A stretch of 64,000 nucleotides of DNA from Candidatus Microgenomates bacterium (GCA_016204995.1 JACQJR010000001.1:473666-537665); one strand, 5' to 3'. Numbered from the stretch's first letter, positions 45,889 through 56,777 are shown. A program made the numbers and translations. The notes: generated by a model from the sequence alone, not told the origin.

Positions 45889-47085
45889 ATGTACAGAAAC
45901 AGAAATTCCTCATTTGGGCGACCTAGATTCCGCCGGGGAGGAAACAACCACTTTCGTTCCGGAGGTTTTAGGGGCGGACGCCAAATCAAAAGGATTGATC
46001 CACGTTTCTTTGTGCAAAAAGCGACTGGCGAAGCAGAGGAAGTTTACCAGCCTCAACATGCCTTTGCCGATTTTACATTGCATTGGCAACTGGCCCAAAA
46101 CATTGTCAGCCGCGGTTATATCAATCCTACTCCTATTCAAGACCAGGCTATTCCCTATTTATTGGCAGGCCGTGATTTAGTAGGGACAGCCAGCACTGGT
46201 ACTGGTAAAACCGCAGCCTTTTTAATTCCGCTAATTAATAAAGTAGCTCAAGATCCATTTCAACGGGTTTTAATTGTGGTGCCAACTCGTGAACTGGCAG
46301 TCCAAATTAGGGATGAATTTAACCAATTTGCCAGAGGTTTAAATCAATTCTCCGCTCTTTGTATTGGCGGCGTCAGCATGCGGCCGCAAATTCAATCTTT
46401 ATCCCGCCGGCCTCATTTTGTGATTGGCACACCCGGCCGTTTGCAAGATTTGGAAAGACAAAGAAAATTGTCGTTTGCCTCTTACAATAATATCGTTTTG
46501 GATGAGGTGGATCGGATGTTGGATATGGGCTTTGTCCATGAAGTAACCGAGATAGTTCCCAAGCTGTCTTATCCCCGCCAATCATTATTTTTCTCCGCTA
46601 CTATGACCAGTAATGTCCAACGCGTGATGCAGGGATTTTTGAATAATCCAATCACAGTCGCTGTGCGAGCGACTCAACCTTCTGCCAATGTAGATCAGGA
46701 TATCGTTCGTCTGGCTGGGCAGGCCAAAGTAGATGTCTTGCATAATCTGCTTCAACAAGAGGGTTTTGATAAAGTGTTGGTTTTTGGCCGGACTAAATGG
46801 GGGATGGAGAAATTATCACAAGCATTAGCCCAGAAAGGCCATCGGGTAGCTTCCATTCATGGCAATAAAGGCCAAAGCCAAAGACAAAGAGCCATCACCG
46901 ACTTTAAACAAAATCGGGTTAAGGTCTTATTAGCCACTGATATTGCCTCTCGCGGTTTGGATATTGAAAATGTTACTCATGTGATTAATTTTGACCAGCC
47001 GGAAAGCTATGAAGATTATATTCACAGAATTGGCCGGACCGGCCGGGCTAACCGCAAAGGCATTGCCTTAACCTTCGTGGAGTAA
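45889..47085 (+). CDS. DEAD-box RNA helicase (RhlE-like)
   Basis: GTGKT, PTRELA, DEVD, SAT, HRIGRTGR. Confidence 0.96.
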   Translation: MYRNRNSSFGRPRFRRGGNNHFRSGGFRGGRQIKRIDPRFFVQKATGEAEEVYQPQHAFADFTLHWQLAQNIVSRGYINPTPIQDQAIPYLLAGRDLVGTASTGTGKTAAFLIPLINKVAQDPFQRVLIVVPTRELAVQIRDEFNQFARGLNQFSALCIGGVSMRPQIQSLSRRPHFVIGTPGRLQDLERQRKLSFASYNNIVLDEVDRMLDMGFVHEVTEIVPKLSYPRQSLFFSATMTSNVQRVMQGFLNNPITVAVRATQPSANVDQDIVRLAGQAKVDVLHNLLQQEGFDKVLVFGRTKWGMEKLSQALAQKGHRVASIHGNKGQSQRQRAITDFKQNRVKVLLATDIASRGLDIENVTHVINFDQPESYEDYIHRIGRTGRANRKGIALTFVE

Positions 47086-47089
47086 ATTT

Positions 47090-48928
47090 ATGAATATCCG
47101 CAACGTTGCCATTATTGCTCACGTTGACCATGGTAAAACTACCTTGGTTGATGCTTTGCTGACCCAATCAAAAACCAAACTCAAAAAATATACGGCGGCG
47201 ACTTTGATTATGGATAGCAATGAGTTGGAGCAAGAACGGGGTATTACTATTTTTTCTAAAAATGCCTCTGTAGTTTGGCAGGATACAAAGATCAATATTA
47301 TTGATACACCAGGCCATGCTGATTTCGGGGGAGAAGTGGAACGGGTTTTAACCATGGCTGATGGCTGTTTACTGTTAATTGATGCCAAAGAAGGGCCGAT
47401 GCCTCAAACCAGGTTTGTTCTTAAAAAAGCTTTGGAAATGAAGCATAAAATTATTGTGGTAGTTAATAAAATTGACCGGCCGGACGCCCGGATTAATTAT
47501 GTTCTTGATAAAACTTTAGATTTATTTTTAGAGTTAGGGGCAGATGACGAGACAGCTGATTTCCCCATTGTTTATGCTTCGGCCAAAGTTGGTAAGGCAG
47601 GTTTCGCCGATAAACTTAGTGAGATGACTGATATCTCGCCGGTTTTTGAGGCCATTTTAGAGCATGTACCTGCTCCTTCCGGAAATAATGAAACTCCTTT
47701 ACAGATGTTAGTGACCAATATCACTCGCGATCTGCATCGGGGTCGGATTGCTATTGGTAGAATTTACAATGGTACTATGAGCGCGGGACAAGAGGTTATG
47801 TATATTAACCGACAAGGTGTACAAAATAAATATAAGTTAACTTCTTTGATGACTTTTGAAGGCTTAGAACGAGTGGAAACAACCTGGGGTGAAACCGGCG
47901 ATATCGTGGCTATTTCCGGAATTTCCGATATTACTATTGGTGAAACCATTGCCGATGTGACAAATCCTATCGCTTTACCACTCCTTGACATTGAAGAGCC
48001 GACCATGAAGATGACTTTTATGGCCAATTCTTCTCCTTTTGCTGGCCTTGAAGGTGAGTTTAAAACCGCCCGCCAAATCCGCGAGAGGCTTTATAAAGAA
48101 TTGGAAACAGACATGGCCTTAAAGGTAGTAGATGATGCGCGAGGGGGTTGGGAAGCCTCCGGCCGGGGCGAGCTGCATTTGGCTATTTTAATTGAGCGGA
48201 TGAGACGGGAAGGCTATGAATTTCAGGTGGAAAGTCCGCAAGTAATTGAAAAGCAAACTGCCGATGGTATTCTGACTCCTTATGAACGGGTATTAATAGA
48301 AGTGCCGGAAGAATTTTCCGGTATTGTCATGCAAAAAATGGGCTCCAGACATGGCGAGCTGCAGGATATGAAGTCGGAAAACGGCCTAGTCACCATGGAA
48401 TTTGTAATCGCGACCCGCAGCTTTTTCCGCTATAGAAGTGAGTTTATGACAGATACTCATGGTTTAGGAGTAATTAATGCCTCGTTTTATCAATTTGGCA
48501 AGGGCGGCGAGTCTTATAATCGGGAACAAGGGTCACTGGTGGCTCATGAAAGCGGCCTTACTAATGCTTATGGGTTAACCAATGCCCAAGACCGTGGTTT
48601 ATTGTTCATCGGGCCAGGAGTACCGGTTTATAAAGGACAAGTAGTGGGGAGGCACGCTCGGTCAGGAGATTTGCGGGTGAATGTTTGTAAGACTAAACAG
48701 CTGACTAATCATCGCTCTAAAGGAGAAGGAGTGACAGAATATTTTAAGACCCCGCATGTGATGGATTTGGAAGAGGCTTTGGAATATATCGCAGATGATG
48801 AATTAGTAGAAGTAACTCCCAAAAATATTAGGATTCGCAAGAAAATATTAGATGAGATGGAGGAACGTCGTAAACGCTCTCAAGGCTTGATGTCTAGGGA
48901 GAAGGTAGATATGGTAAACTTAATTTAA
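47090..48928 (+). CDS. typA: Translational GTPase TypA/BipA
   Basis: AHVDHGKTT, GRGELHL, DDELVEVTP. Confidence 0.97.
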   Translation: MNIRNVAIIAHVDHGKTTLVDALLTQSKTKLKKYTAATLIMDSNELEQERGITIFSKNASVVWQDTKINIIDTPGHADFGGEVERVLTMADGCLLLIDAKEGPMPQTRFVLKKALEMKHKIIVVVNKIDRPDARINYVLDKTLDLFLELGADDETADFPIVYASAKVGKAGFADKLSEMTDISPVFEAILEHVPAPSGNNETPLQMLVTNITRDLHRGRIAIGRIYNGTMSAGQEVMYINRQGVQNKYKLTSLMTFEGLERVETTWGETGDIVAISGISDITIGETIADVTNPIALPLLDIEEPTMKMTFMANSSPFAGLEGEFKTARQIRERLYKELETDMALKVVDDARGGWEASGRGELHLAILIERMRREGYEFQVESPQVIEKQTADGILTPYERVLIEVPEEFSGIVMQKMGSRHGELQDMKSENGLVTMEFVIATRSFFRYRSEFMTDTHGLGVINASFYQFGKGGESYNREQGSLVAHESGLTNAYGLTNAQDRGLLFIGPGVPVYKGQVVGRHARSGDLRVNVCKTKQLTNHRSKGEGVTEYFKTPHVMDLEEALEYIADDELVEVTPKNIRIRKKILDEMEERRKRSQGLMSREKVDMVNLI

Positions 48929-49089
48929 TGAGAGGAATTAAAAAGTTAATATTTGTGGGTTTAATTGGAATTGGAGGACTACTTCTAACTTTAGCCGGAC
49001 TTAATTTAATCTCTCTATCAGAAACTTTAATTTTATACGCCGGTATCTTACTATTGGTGGTTTCCACGCTGTTATATTTCTTCCTGTAA
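48928..49089 (+). CDS. Small 2-TM protein (absent from ORF track)
   Basis: TAATG coupling to typA; MRGIKKLIFVGLIGIGG...LLYFFL*. Confidence 0.6.
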   Translation: MRGIKKLIFVGLIGIGGLLLTLAGLNLISLSETLILYAGILLLVVSTLLYFFL

Positions 49090-49099
49090 ATTTACGTAA

Positions 49100-49852
49100 T
49101 TAGTTACGTAACTCGCGCAGTTTTATACTTTTGGCAATCAATTCGGCGACGTATATTTGTCCTTCTTTGGACGGATGAATGTTGTCATAAGAATCGGTGT
49201 ATCTTCCATCTCCAAACTTTCCATTCACAGAGGTGGCTGTATAAGCATCAATTAATTTAACTTTGGGTATCTCATGCACTAAGGTAATGACATTTTCCAA
49301 ATTATTGGCAATTTGAGTAGATTGAGCGCGGCTCAATTCTTCCGGCCAATTTGGTCCGCCTTCTCCCTTTCCAAAATCTTTCTCCAGTGGCGCAATTTCG
49401 GCCAGGAGATAAACTTGTGATTGAGTATTAATTGCTTCCTGGACGAGCTTTGCTAAGTTTTCCTTATATTTTGATGAGTCGTAAGGAAAAGGTGGGTTAT
49501 AGGCAAAAGAACCTACAATCAGAATGTCAGGGTGTAAATGAGTAAGCGACGGATAGTCTCTATCGCCATGATTAAAAGGTAAAGAAAAGCGTGCCAGACC
49601 TTCCACGACATTTTGCGAGCCAAGGCCATAGTTATAAAGCTTAAAAGTGACGCCTGGATATTTTTCCCTTAAGGCGGCATCCAAATATTCCAAACCCTCT
49701 CCCATAGTTTCCACCATAGAATCGCCGATAATGGCAATAGAATAGACTCGCGTAGTATCTATGCCTAACACATTGGGAAATTTAGAGAAAATCGTCAGTT
49801 TAACAAATCCAATAAGCAGAAGAAAAATTATAAACCAACGCAGGGACTGCAT
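49100..49852 (-). CDS. SGNH/GDSL hydrolase
   Basis: IGDSM and DNIHP motifs; start taken at MQSLRW. Confidence 0.88.
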   Translation of the reverse strand: MQSLRWFIIFLLLIGFVKLTIFSKFPNVLGIDTTRVYSIAIIGDSMVETMGEGLEYLDAALREKYPGVTFKLYNYGLGSQNVVEGLARFSLPFNHGDRDYPSLTHLHPDILIVGSFAYNPPFPYDSSKYKENLAKLVQEAINTQSQVYLLAEIAPLEKDFGKGEGGPNWPEELSRAQSTQIANNLENVITLVHEIPKVKLIDAYTATSVNGKFGDGRYTDSYDNIHPSKEGQIYVAELIAKSIKLRELRN

Positions 49853-49897
49853 GTAACTATCATACCATCTTGGTGAAACTGTATAATAAAAAATAAC

Positions 49898-50458
49898 ATG
49901 AACTACGTTCATCACTGGAAATATAAAAATCTCACCATTGCTTTAACTGGTATTATACTGGCCATTATTCTTTCTCAAATTGAGGCCTTTCATTATTTCC
50001 TTTTGCATCTGGGTAGTTTTGGCTATGTGGGGTTATTTATTGGGGGAATGCTTTTTACTTCCATGTTCACTGCGGCAACCAGCATTTTAATTATCTCCAC
50101 GCTGGCTGAAAACATTTCTCCTCTAACAATCGGTTTAATCGGAGGAGCTGGAGCAGTGATAGGCGATCTATTAATCCTTAATTTGATTAAAGACAATTTG
50201 GCTGCCGAAATTGAGAGTGTTTATGACAATTTAGACAGTAAGGGCTATTTCAAGAAATTATTTCACTCTAAATATTTTAATTGGATGTTGCCGGTAATTG
50301 GAGCTATGATTATTGTTTCACCACTGCCGGATGAACTGGGTATTAGTTTAATTGGATTGTCCAATATCAGTAAAACCAAGTTTATTCTTCTATCTTACTT
50401 TTTAAATTCTCTGGGAATTTTTTTGATTGCTTCGGCTTCCATGCTCATCAGGCTTTAA
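49898..50458 (+). CDS. Membrane protein
   Basis: Multiple TMs; SPLPDELG. Confidence 0.8.
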   Translation: MNYVHHWKYKNLTIALTGIILAIILSQIEAFHYFLLHLGSFGYVGLFIGGMLFTSMFTAATSILIISTLAENISPLTIGLIGGAGAVIGDLLILNLIKDNLAAEIESVYDNLDSKGYFKKLFHSKYFNWMLPVIGAMIIVSPLPDELGISLIGLSNISKTKFILLSYFLNSLGIFLIASASMLIRL

Positions 50459-50468
50459 GAAAACTACC

Positions 50469-52916
50469 ATGCTGCCAAATGAACCGGGCTTATCGGATGA
50501 AGAAGTAAAAAAGAGCCAGCTTAAGTATGGCTTAAATATTTTACCTGAAAAACCGCCTCCGAGTAAGTTTGCTTTGCTCGTTCAACAATTAAAGAGTCCC
50601 CTGATTTACGTTTTACTGGTAGCAGCCCTTATTACTCTGGCGATTGGTCATTTTTCCGATGCGGCAATTATTTTATTAGCAGTTTTTATTAATACTATTT
50701 TAGGTTTTATTCAGGAAAATAAAGCTACCAAGGCGTTGCTGGCGCTTAAGGAGTACGTTACCAATAAAGCTATAGTCATTCGATCGGGCAAGAGGATGTC
50801 TGTTAACACTGCGGAAGTTGTGCCCGGGGATTTAGTGATTTTAGATCAGGGGGTAAGGATATGCGCAGATGGTAAGCTGGCATTTGCCAATCGTTTTTAT
50901 GTAGACGAGTCTATTCTCACCGGCGAGAGCGTGCCGGTTAATAAGACTCGTGGGGAAGATGTTTTTATGGGGACCATCGTGGCTGCCGGACAAGCGTTAA
51001 TGAGAGTGGAGGCAATTGGCTTGGCGACCAAGATGGGGATAATTGCCCGTCATTTACAGAAACCAGAAGAGGAAACACCGCTTCAGCGTCAGCTCAAAGG
51101 TTTCAGCAAACAACTGGTATTAATGATTGGGTTACTAACAGTATTGGTTTTTATTTTAGGTATTTTATATAAATTCAGCGTTACGAAAATATTTATTACT
51201 TCTGTGGCACTAGCTGTCTCCAGCATTCCTGAAGGGTTATTAGTATCGCTAACTGTGGTGCTGGCTATAGGTATGCAAAAGATAGTTAAGCGTCGGGGTT
51301 TGGTGAGGAGACTATCAGCAGCTGAAGCATTAGGAGGAGTAACAGTAATTTGTGTGGATAAAACTGGCACCTTAACGCAGGGAAAGATGAAAGTAGTTGA
51401 ATTTATGGGAGACAAAAAAGCCCTAGCAGAGCAATCTCTTTTAGCAAATGATTTGGATGACCCAATTGTTATTGCGGCATTTGAATGGGGGCGTACCATC
51501 ATAAAAAATTTTGTCGCCGAGCATCTTCGGTTGGACAGCATTCTTTTCTCTTCACAGGAACGGTTTTTTGTCAGCCTCCATCAGTGGTCGGACAAAAGTA
51601 ATATGTTGTATGTTAACGGAGCTCCAGAGCTTCTTTTGGGATGGACAAAGGTGTCAGAAGAAGAGAAGAAAGAGATTATGGCTAACATTGATGCTTTGAC
51701 CAAACAAGGTAAAAAGTTGATCGGTTTTGCCCGCAAAGAGATATCTTCCGCTAAGAAAAATTTAGAAGGAGTTGCTATTAAGGAAAGTTTAACTTGGGTA
51801 GGTATTCTGGCTTTTTCCGATCCCGTGCGGTTAGGGGTGAAGGAGGCGCTTAAGCTAGCTCAAGAAGCCGGTATAAAAACCGTGGTGATTACCGGGGATT
51901 ATCAGAAAACCTCAGAGTTTGTCTTATCAGCTCTAGGGTTAACTGTTAACAAAAAAGAAATCATGACAGGGCAGGATCTGGGAAATTTAACCGTTGATGA
52001 GTTGTCGCACCGAGTAAAATCAATCCGGCTATTTGCCAGAACCACGCCTGACCAAAAATTAATGATTGTGGAGGCGCTTAAAAGAAATAGAGAGGTAGTA
52101 GCGATGATGGGTGATGGGGTGAATGATGCGCCGGCTTTATATAAAGCCGATATAGGTATAGCAGTGGGTGAGGCGACTGACGTAGCTAAAGAATCATCAG
52201 GTTTAATCCTGTTGGACTCTAATTTTTCTACCATAGTGGCAGCCATTGAGGAAGGAAGGGCTATTTTTGAAAATATCCGCAAAATCATTTTGTACTTGAT
52301 GAGCGATGCTTTTGTGGAGATTATGGTAGTCGTCGGCAGTATAGCTTTAGGTTTACCTTTGCCTATCACAGCTGCTCAAATTCTTTGGATAAATTTAGTG
52401 TCTGATGGATTTCCCGTCTTGGCTTTAACTGTTGATCCAAAGAGAGTTAACATTATGCGGGAGAAACCCAGGCGGTTGGGCGAGCGCCTGTTTAACAGAT
52501 GGATGATAATACTTATAAGTTTAGTAAGCGTAGTAGCTGGTTTGATAGCCCTGACTTCCTTTATTGTTGTCTACAAGGTTTCAGGTGATGTTACTGTGGC
52601 TCGTTCTTTTACTTTTATTGTACTGAGCCTCAATTCTTTAGCCTATGTTTTTTCGGCTAGAACTCTGATGACACCTTTCTGGAAGAACCATTTGCTGGAG
52701 AATAAATGGTTGGTGTTGGCCGTACTCGCGGGATTTAGTTTGCAGATACTACCCTTTTTAACACCTGCTTTAAGACAGTTTTTTGGCCTGGAAAGTCTTA
52801 GCTTAATTTATTGGCTAGTGGCAGTTGGTTTATCAATTTTACTGTTTTTAACAGTGGAGGTATTTAAATTAATTTATCAGCAAAAAGCAGAAAACCACGG
52901 ATTTATCCGTGGATGA
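50469..52916 (+). CDS. P-type ATPase, type II (cation-transporting)
   Basis: TGES, PEGL, DKTGTLT, TGD, GDGVNDAP. Confidence 0.96.
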   Translation: MLPNEPGLSDEEVKKSQLKYGLNILPEKPPPSKFALLVQQLKSPLIYVLLVAALITLAIGHFSDAAIILLAVFINTILGFIQENKATKALLALKEYVTNKAIVIRSGKRMSVNTAEVVPGDLVILDQGVRICADGKLAFANRFYVDESILTGESVPVNKTRGEDVFMGTIVAAGQALMRVEAIGLATKMGIIARHLQKPEEETPLQRQLKGFSKQLVLMIGLLTVLVFILGILYKFSVTKIFITSVALAVSSIPEGLLVSLTVVLAIGMQKIVKRRGLVRRLSAAEALGGVTVICVDKTGTLTQGKMKVVEFMGDKKALAEQSLLANDLDDPIVIAAFEWGRTIIKNFVAEHLRLDSILFSSQERFFVSLHQWSDKSNMLYVNGAPELLLGWTKVSEEEKKEIMANIDALTKQGKKLIGFARKEISSAKKNLEGVAIKESLTWVGILAFSDPVRLGVKEALKLAQEAGIKTVVITGDYQKTSEFVLSALGLTVNKKEIMTGQDLGNLTVDELSHRVKSIRLFARTTPDQKLMIVEALKRNREVVAMMGDGVNDAPALYKADIGIAVGEATDVAKESSGLILLDSNFSTIVAAIEEGRAIFENIRKIILYLMSDAFVEIMVVVGSIALGLPLPITAAQILWINLVSDGFPVLALTVDPKRVNIMREKPRRLGERLFNRWMIILISLVSVVAGLIALTSFIVVYKVSGDVTVARSFTFIVLSLNSLAYVFSARTLMTPFWKNHLLENKWLVLAVLAGFSLQILPFLTPALRQFFGLESLSLIYWLVAVGLSILLFLTVEVFKLIYQQKAENHGFIRG

Positions 52917-53005
52917 ATGCTTTTCTTCGCCGAAGGCGAGTCAGCGTAACAGCTTTGCTGTGAAGCTGTATGAGAAGATACCACGGCTCCAGCCGTGGAG
53001 CTTCA
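52891..53005. mobile_element. Non-autonomous IS200/IS605-like miniature element
   Basis: Hairpins CCACGG-atttat-CCGTGG at 52895 and CCACGGCT-cc-AGCCGTGG-agcttca at 52981, with no internal ORF. Confidence 0.6.
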
Positions 53006-53033
53006 TCAAAAGTTACATAAAAATCGTCTGTAG

Positions 53034-53420
53034 CTAGAATGACAATCGGTGGCGGAGGCGGTCGCCTAGACTTTCACCTTGGTGGTGTGTAGCTTCATGA
53101 GTTTTTTCGCGCGCTTCCATCCTTAATTTTTCATTTTCTTCTTCCAGATCATGAATTTCTTTCTGTAGATTAGAAATAGTTTTTTCGTCGTCTCTAATTT
53201 GGCGGTCTTTGTCAGAAATCATGGCGGTAGAGGATAGCCAGCCGCCCAGGTTAAACACCCAGGCAGCGAGCACTCCCGCCATCAATGACCCCAGTGCTAT
53301 TAAATATAAAGGAAAAGTCCAGGTATAAATTCCAGCATGCAAAGTTATCAGAGCCGTGTTTTGAGTAGCTAAGAAGGCAAAGCCAGCTCCTAATATTACT
53401 GCCAAAATAAGAGTTAACAT
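53034..53420 (-). CDS. LapA (DUF1049) family protein
   Basis: LATQNT..ITL..G, two TMs, coiled-coil tail. Confidence 0.75.
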   Translation of the reverse strand: MLTLILAVILGAGFAFLATQNTALITLHAGIYTWTFPLYLIALGSLMAGVLAAWVFNLGGWLSSTAMISDKDRQIRDDEKTISNLQKEIHDLEEENEKLRMEAREKTHEATHHQGESLGDRLRHRLSF

Positions 53421-53583
53421 ATAACTTATATAATAGTAAAAGGGTGAGAAACCAAGCAAAGGAAGGCAAGAAATAGGTAAGAATTACATTTTCTTCTCTT
53501 ACACAGTTCTTGCTTATTGTTGCTTTAATTTTAATTATTGGTCTTTATAGTCTAAAAAGACAAAGGAGGTGAGAATAAATTTT

Positions 53584-53835
53584 ATGGGGATTATATCTTG
53601 GATTATTTTTGGAGCAGTAGTGGGGATTATTGCTAATGTTCTTGATCCTCAACCTGCCAAAGGAGGTTTGCTAGGTGCTATTGTTTTGGGCGTAATCGGA
53701 GCGATGGTGGGAGGTTTTTTGAGCAGTTTATTCTTAGGTATAGATGTGACTGGTTTTAACTTACCATCATTTGCGATTGCCGTCGGAGGATCGTTATTGC
53801 TACTATTTATTGGACGGGCACTGGCTCGTTATTAA
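53584..53835 (+). CDS. GlsB/YeaQ/YmgE family membrane protein
   Basis: IISWIIFGAVVG...LGVIGAMVGG; AAGGAGG upstream. Confidence 0.9.
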   Translation: MGIISWIIFGAVVGIIANVLDPQPAKGGLLGAIVLGVIGAMVGGFLSSLFLGIDVTGFNLPSFAIAVGGSLLLLFIGRALARY

Positions 53836-53850
53836 GGAGGTGAAAAAACG

Positions 53851-54033
53851 ATGGCAAAGTACGGTAAAAAAGCTCAAGAAAAAGTAGAGCAGACGATGCA
53901 TGAGTATAAGCAAGGTAAGCTGCGCTCCGGCAAAAGCGGTCGGGCGGTCAGAAGCCGAAAACAGGCGATTGCAATTGGTTTATCCAAAGCGCGTCGCGCC
54001 GGAGCGAAAGTGCCACCTGCGCGCGAAGAGTGA
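53851..54033 (+). CDS. DUF6496-like small basic protein
   Basis: MHEYKQGKLRSG...SRKQAIAIGLSKAR. Confidence 0.82.
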   Translation: MAKYGKKAQEKVEQTMHEYKQGKLRSGKSGRAVRSRKQAIAIGLSKARRAGAKVPPAREE

Positions 54034-54046
54034 AATATAATATAAT

Positions 54047-54853
54047 TTGGGCGTGACACGACTCATCATTGTTCTTAGTTTAATTTTTTGGCCCCTTAGT
54101 TTATTTTTAGCCAATACTGTAGGTGATTTTGTTAAATACTTTTTTCCAGTCTTATTGCTTATTTTAAGTTGGCAATTATTTAAAAAGAACAACTCGCTAT
54201 TTTTATGGCCTACTTTGCTAATTCCTTTTTTTGAGCCAAAACTGGCTGTTCTCCCTTTGCTGTTAGGAGTAATGAATCTGAAACGCCACTGGTTATTTAT
54301 TGGAGCAACAGCGATAGTTTTAGCGTTTAATTTTAAAGCTTTTTGGGGTCAAACTATTTTTAAGGCTGATTATGAGGCCCAGCAGGAAATTATTGGCAAG
54401 TCATATCTTTATCCTAATGTGCCGCTGGCTCGGCTTTTTCAAAATAAAGGCCGGATTTATGTAAATAAATTTACTGCTAATTTTCTAGCATTAAGCGATC
54501 CTAATAATTATTTTTTTGGTTTTCATCCTCGGGAAATAAAAGTTGATAATCAAAATTTAAGGAAATTTCCCTTTTTAGGAATAATGTTTATGTTGTTAGG
54601 ATTTTATTATTTGGCCCAGTTGCCGCAAAAGAAATTTGTCATGGTGCTTTTAACTGCTTCTTTCATTTCTTTAACTGTTTTAAATATTTTTGACCGTCAT
54701 GATGTTATTTTATGGTTACCCCTATCTATACTTTACATTCATGGGGTAAAAGAATTTTCTACTAAGAAGTGGTGGTGGCACCGACTTAATCGGGGTTTTT
54801 ATGTAGTGTTTATTATTTTTACTGTCTGGGAATTAATTAGATTATTTTTATGA
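54047..54853 (+). CDS. Membrane protein (partial GT-C-like)
   Basis: Multiple TMs; RLFQNK..Y...DPNNYFF. Confidence 0.7.
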   Translation: MGVTRLIIVLSLIFWPLSLFLANTVGDFVKYFFPVLLLILSWQLFKKNNSLFLWPTLLIPFFEPKLAVLPLLLGVMNLKRHWLFIGATAIVLAFNFKAFWGQTIFKADYEAQQEIIGKSYLYPNVPLARLFQNKGRIYVNKFTANFLALSDPNNYFFGFHPREIKVDNQNLRKFPFLGIMFMLLGFYYLAQLPQKKFVMVLLTASFISLTVLNIFDRHDVILWLPLSILYIHGVKEFSTKKWWWHRLNRGFYVVFIIFTVWELIRLFL

Positions 54854-56508
54854 TTAAAAGGCTGTTGATTTTATCCATTCTACTAACAGCTATTGTTTTG
54901 GCCATAGTCACTCGCTTTTATAAACTAGGGACGGCGCCGGCCGGACTATATTTGGATGAGGCAGGTCAAGGTTATAACGCTTATTCAATTTTAAAAACTG
55001 GACGAGATGAGTTTGGTAAATCATTTCCTTTTGTTTTTCGATCGTTTATTGATTTTAAAACCCCAGTGTATGTTTATTTAATTGTACCCTTAATTCCTTT
55101 TTTTGATTTAACCCCCCTTACAGTCCGTTTACCCTCATTTATTTTCAGTATTTTAACTTTGCCGATTTTGTTTCTATTACTTAGGAAACTTTCACCGCCA
55201 AAATTAGCTATTCCTTTATCATTACTTTCTACTTTGCTCTTAGCTATCTCGCCTTGGCATATTCTTTTCGGAAGGACGAATTTTGAGTGTAATGTAGCCT
55301 TATTTTTTTTCTTAGCAGGAGTTTATTTTTTCTATAAATCTCTGGCTAAGCCTATTTGGCTGATACCGGCGGCAGCACTATTTGCTGTTGCTATTCCGGC
55401 TTATCATTCGCAAAGAATTGTTACGCCAGCCATCTTAATATTTTTATTAATTCGTTATCGGCAAAAGCTGCTGGCCAAGAATTTTCGCCCCTTTTTAATT
55501 TTAAGTTTGGCAATTGGATTGATTATCTCTTTGCCGACGATCAGCATTATGTTTACACCAGGATTTTTGGCGCGCGCTGCTGGACTTAATATTTTTTCAA
55601 GTCCTCACCCAGCCGGTTTTCTAGATAATTATCACGGATGGTGGGAATGGTTAGTTAACAACAGAATTTTTCTATCAACTTGGGAGTTTGCCTCGCTGTA
55701 TGTTTCTTATTTATCACCGCGCGATATGTTTTTATTGGGGGATTATGGGCCGCGCAGTTCATTTCCGGAACTAGCCACTTTCTATCTTTGGCAATTTCCT
55801 TTTTATCTTTACGGAATTTATCTATTAATTAAAAACAAAACTTTAGGCGAGCTGCGGACTTTTTTAATGGCCTTTTTATTAATTGCTCCCATTCCGGCCG
55901 CTTTAACCCGCGATCCATATTCCACCATTCGGGCTTTACCTTTAGTAATTCCCCAGCTAACTATTATTGCTTTGGGGATGATATTTTTTTGGCAAAAATT
56001 TAGTAGTAAATTATGGCGATGGGGGATGATGATAGCTTTAGCGATAATAGTTTTTTATTCCCTGACTAAACTTTATAGTTCAGTGATTATCTTAAATGAA
56101 TTTTTTAGGGCCAAGTATTGGGATTATGGCTGGCAAAAAGTAGTAGAAGTTATTCAACGTGACTTGGATCCAAAATTACCGATTGTGGTAGATAACAGCC
56201 GCTTTGAGCCTTATAGCCAGTTAGTTTTCTTTTTAAAATATGATCCCCTTAAGTACCAGCATGATAATTACGAGGTACCTTTGAATGAGTATTACGCCAA
56301 TATGAATAGGAATAGGACCAAAATAATTGGCAACATTATAACGCGAGCAATTGATTGGGAGCATGATTTGTTAGCAGAACAATATTTGATTGGCGATGAG
56401 TTGTCTATTTCTTACACTCAAATTAAGGAACATAATTTAACATTAATTTCCGAAATTCTTTATCCCGACAGAAGCGTGGCTTACCGAATTGTCAAAATCA
56501 AGAAATAA
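54850..56508 (+). CDS. GT39/ArnT-like glycosyltransferase
   Basis: DEAGQGYNAYSILKTGRDEFG, VRLPS, SPWHILFGR. Confidence 0.9.
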   Translation: MIKRLLILSILLTAIVLAIVTRFYKLGTAPAGLYLDEAGQGYNAYSILKTGRDEFGKSFPFVFRSFIDFKTPVYVYLIVPLIPFFDLTPLTVRLPSFIFSILTLPILFLLLRKLSPPKLAIPLSLLSTLLLAISPWHILFGRTNFECNVALFFFLAGVYFFYKSLAKPIWLIPAAALFAVAIPAYHSQRIVTPAILIFLLIRYRQKLLAKNFRPFLILSLAIGLIISLPTISIMFTPGFLARAAGLNIFSSPHPAGFLDNYHGWWEWLVNNRIFLSTWEFASLYVSYLSPRDMFLLGDYGPRSSFPELATFYLWQFPFYLYGIYLLIKNKTLGELRTFLMAFLLIAPIPAALTRDPYSTIRALPLVIPQLTIIALGMIFFWQKFSSKLWRWGMMIALAIIVFYSLTKLYSSVIILNEFFRAKYWDYGWQKVVEVIQRDLDPKLPIVVDNSRFEPYSQLVFFLKYDPLKYQHDNYEVPLNEYYANMNRNRTKIIGNIITRAIDWEHDLLAEQYLIGDELSISYTQIKEHNLTLISEILYPDRSVAYRIVKIKK

Positions 56509-56543
56509 CTTGACAAGTCATATTGTGATGTGTCCATAATGAA

Positions 56544-56777
56544 GTGGTGAACGAAAGAGGAATTGTTACCCTAATTCCCCTACTCCTTTTACTGCTAGCA
56601 GTAGTAGTTATCTATCTTCTGGTCTCTGGCGGGATCATCAAAAATCTTAACCTACCTGGTTTGAAAAAAGAGGCCAAAGTAGAACTGCAAACACAATATC
56701 AAAATCCCTTTGATAAAGATGCTCAATATGTCAATCCTTTTGCTTCCTACAAAAACCCATTTGACCAACTAAAATGA
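56544..56777 (+). CDS. Small membrane-anchored protein
   Basis: NERG followed by a hydrophobic helix; Y-x-NPF three times. Confidence 0.7.
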   Translation: MVNERGIVTLIPLLLLLLAVVVIYLLVSGGIIKNLNLPGLKKEAKVELQTQYQNPFDKDAQYVNPFASYKNPFDQLK

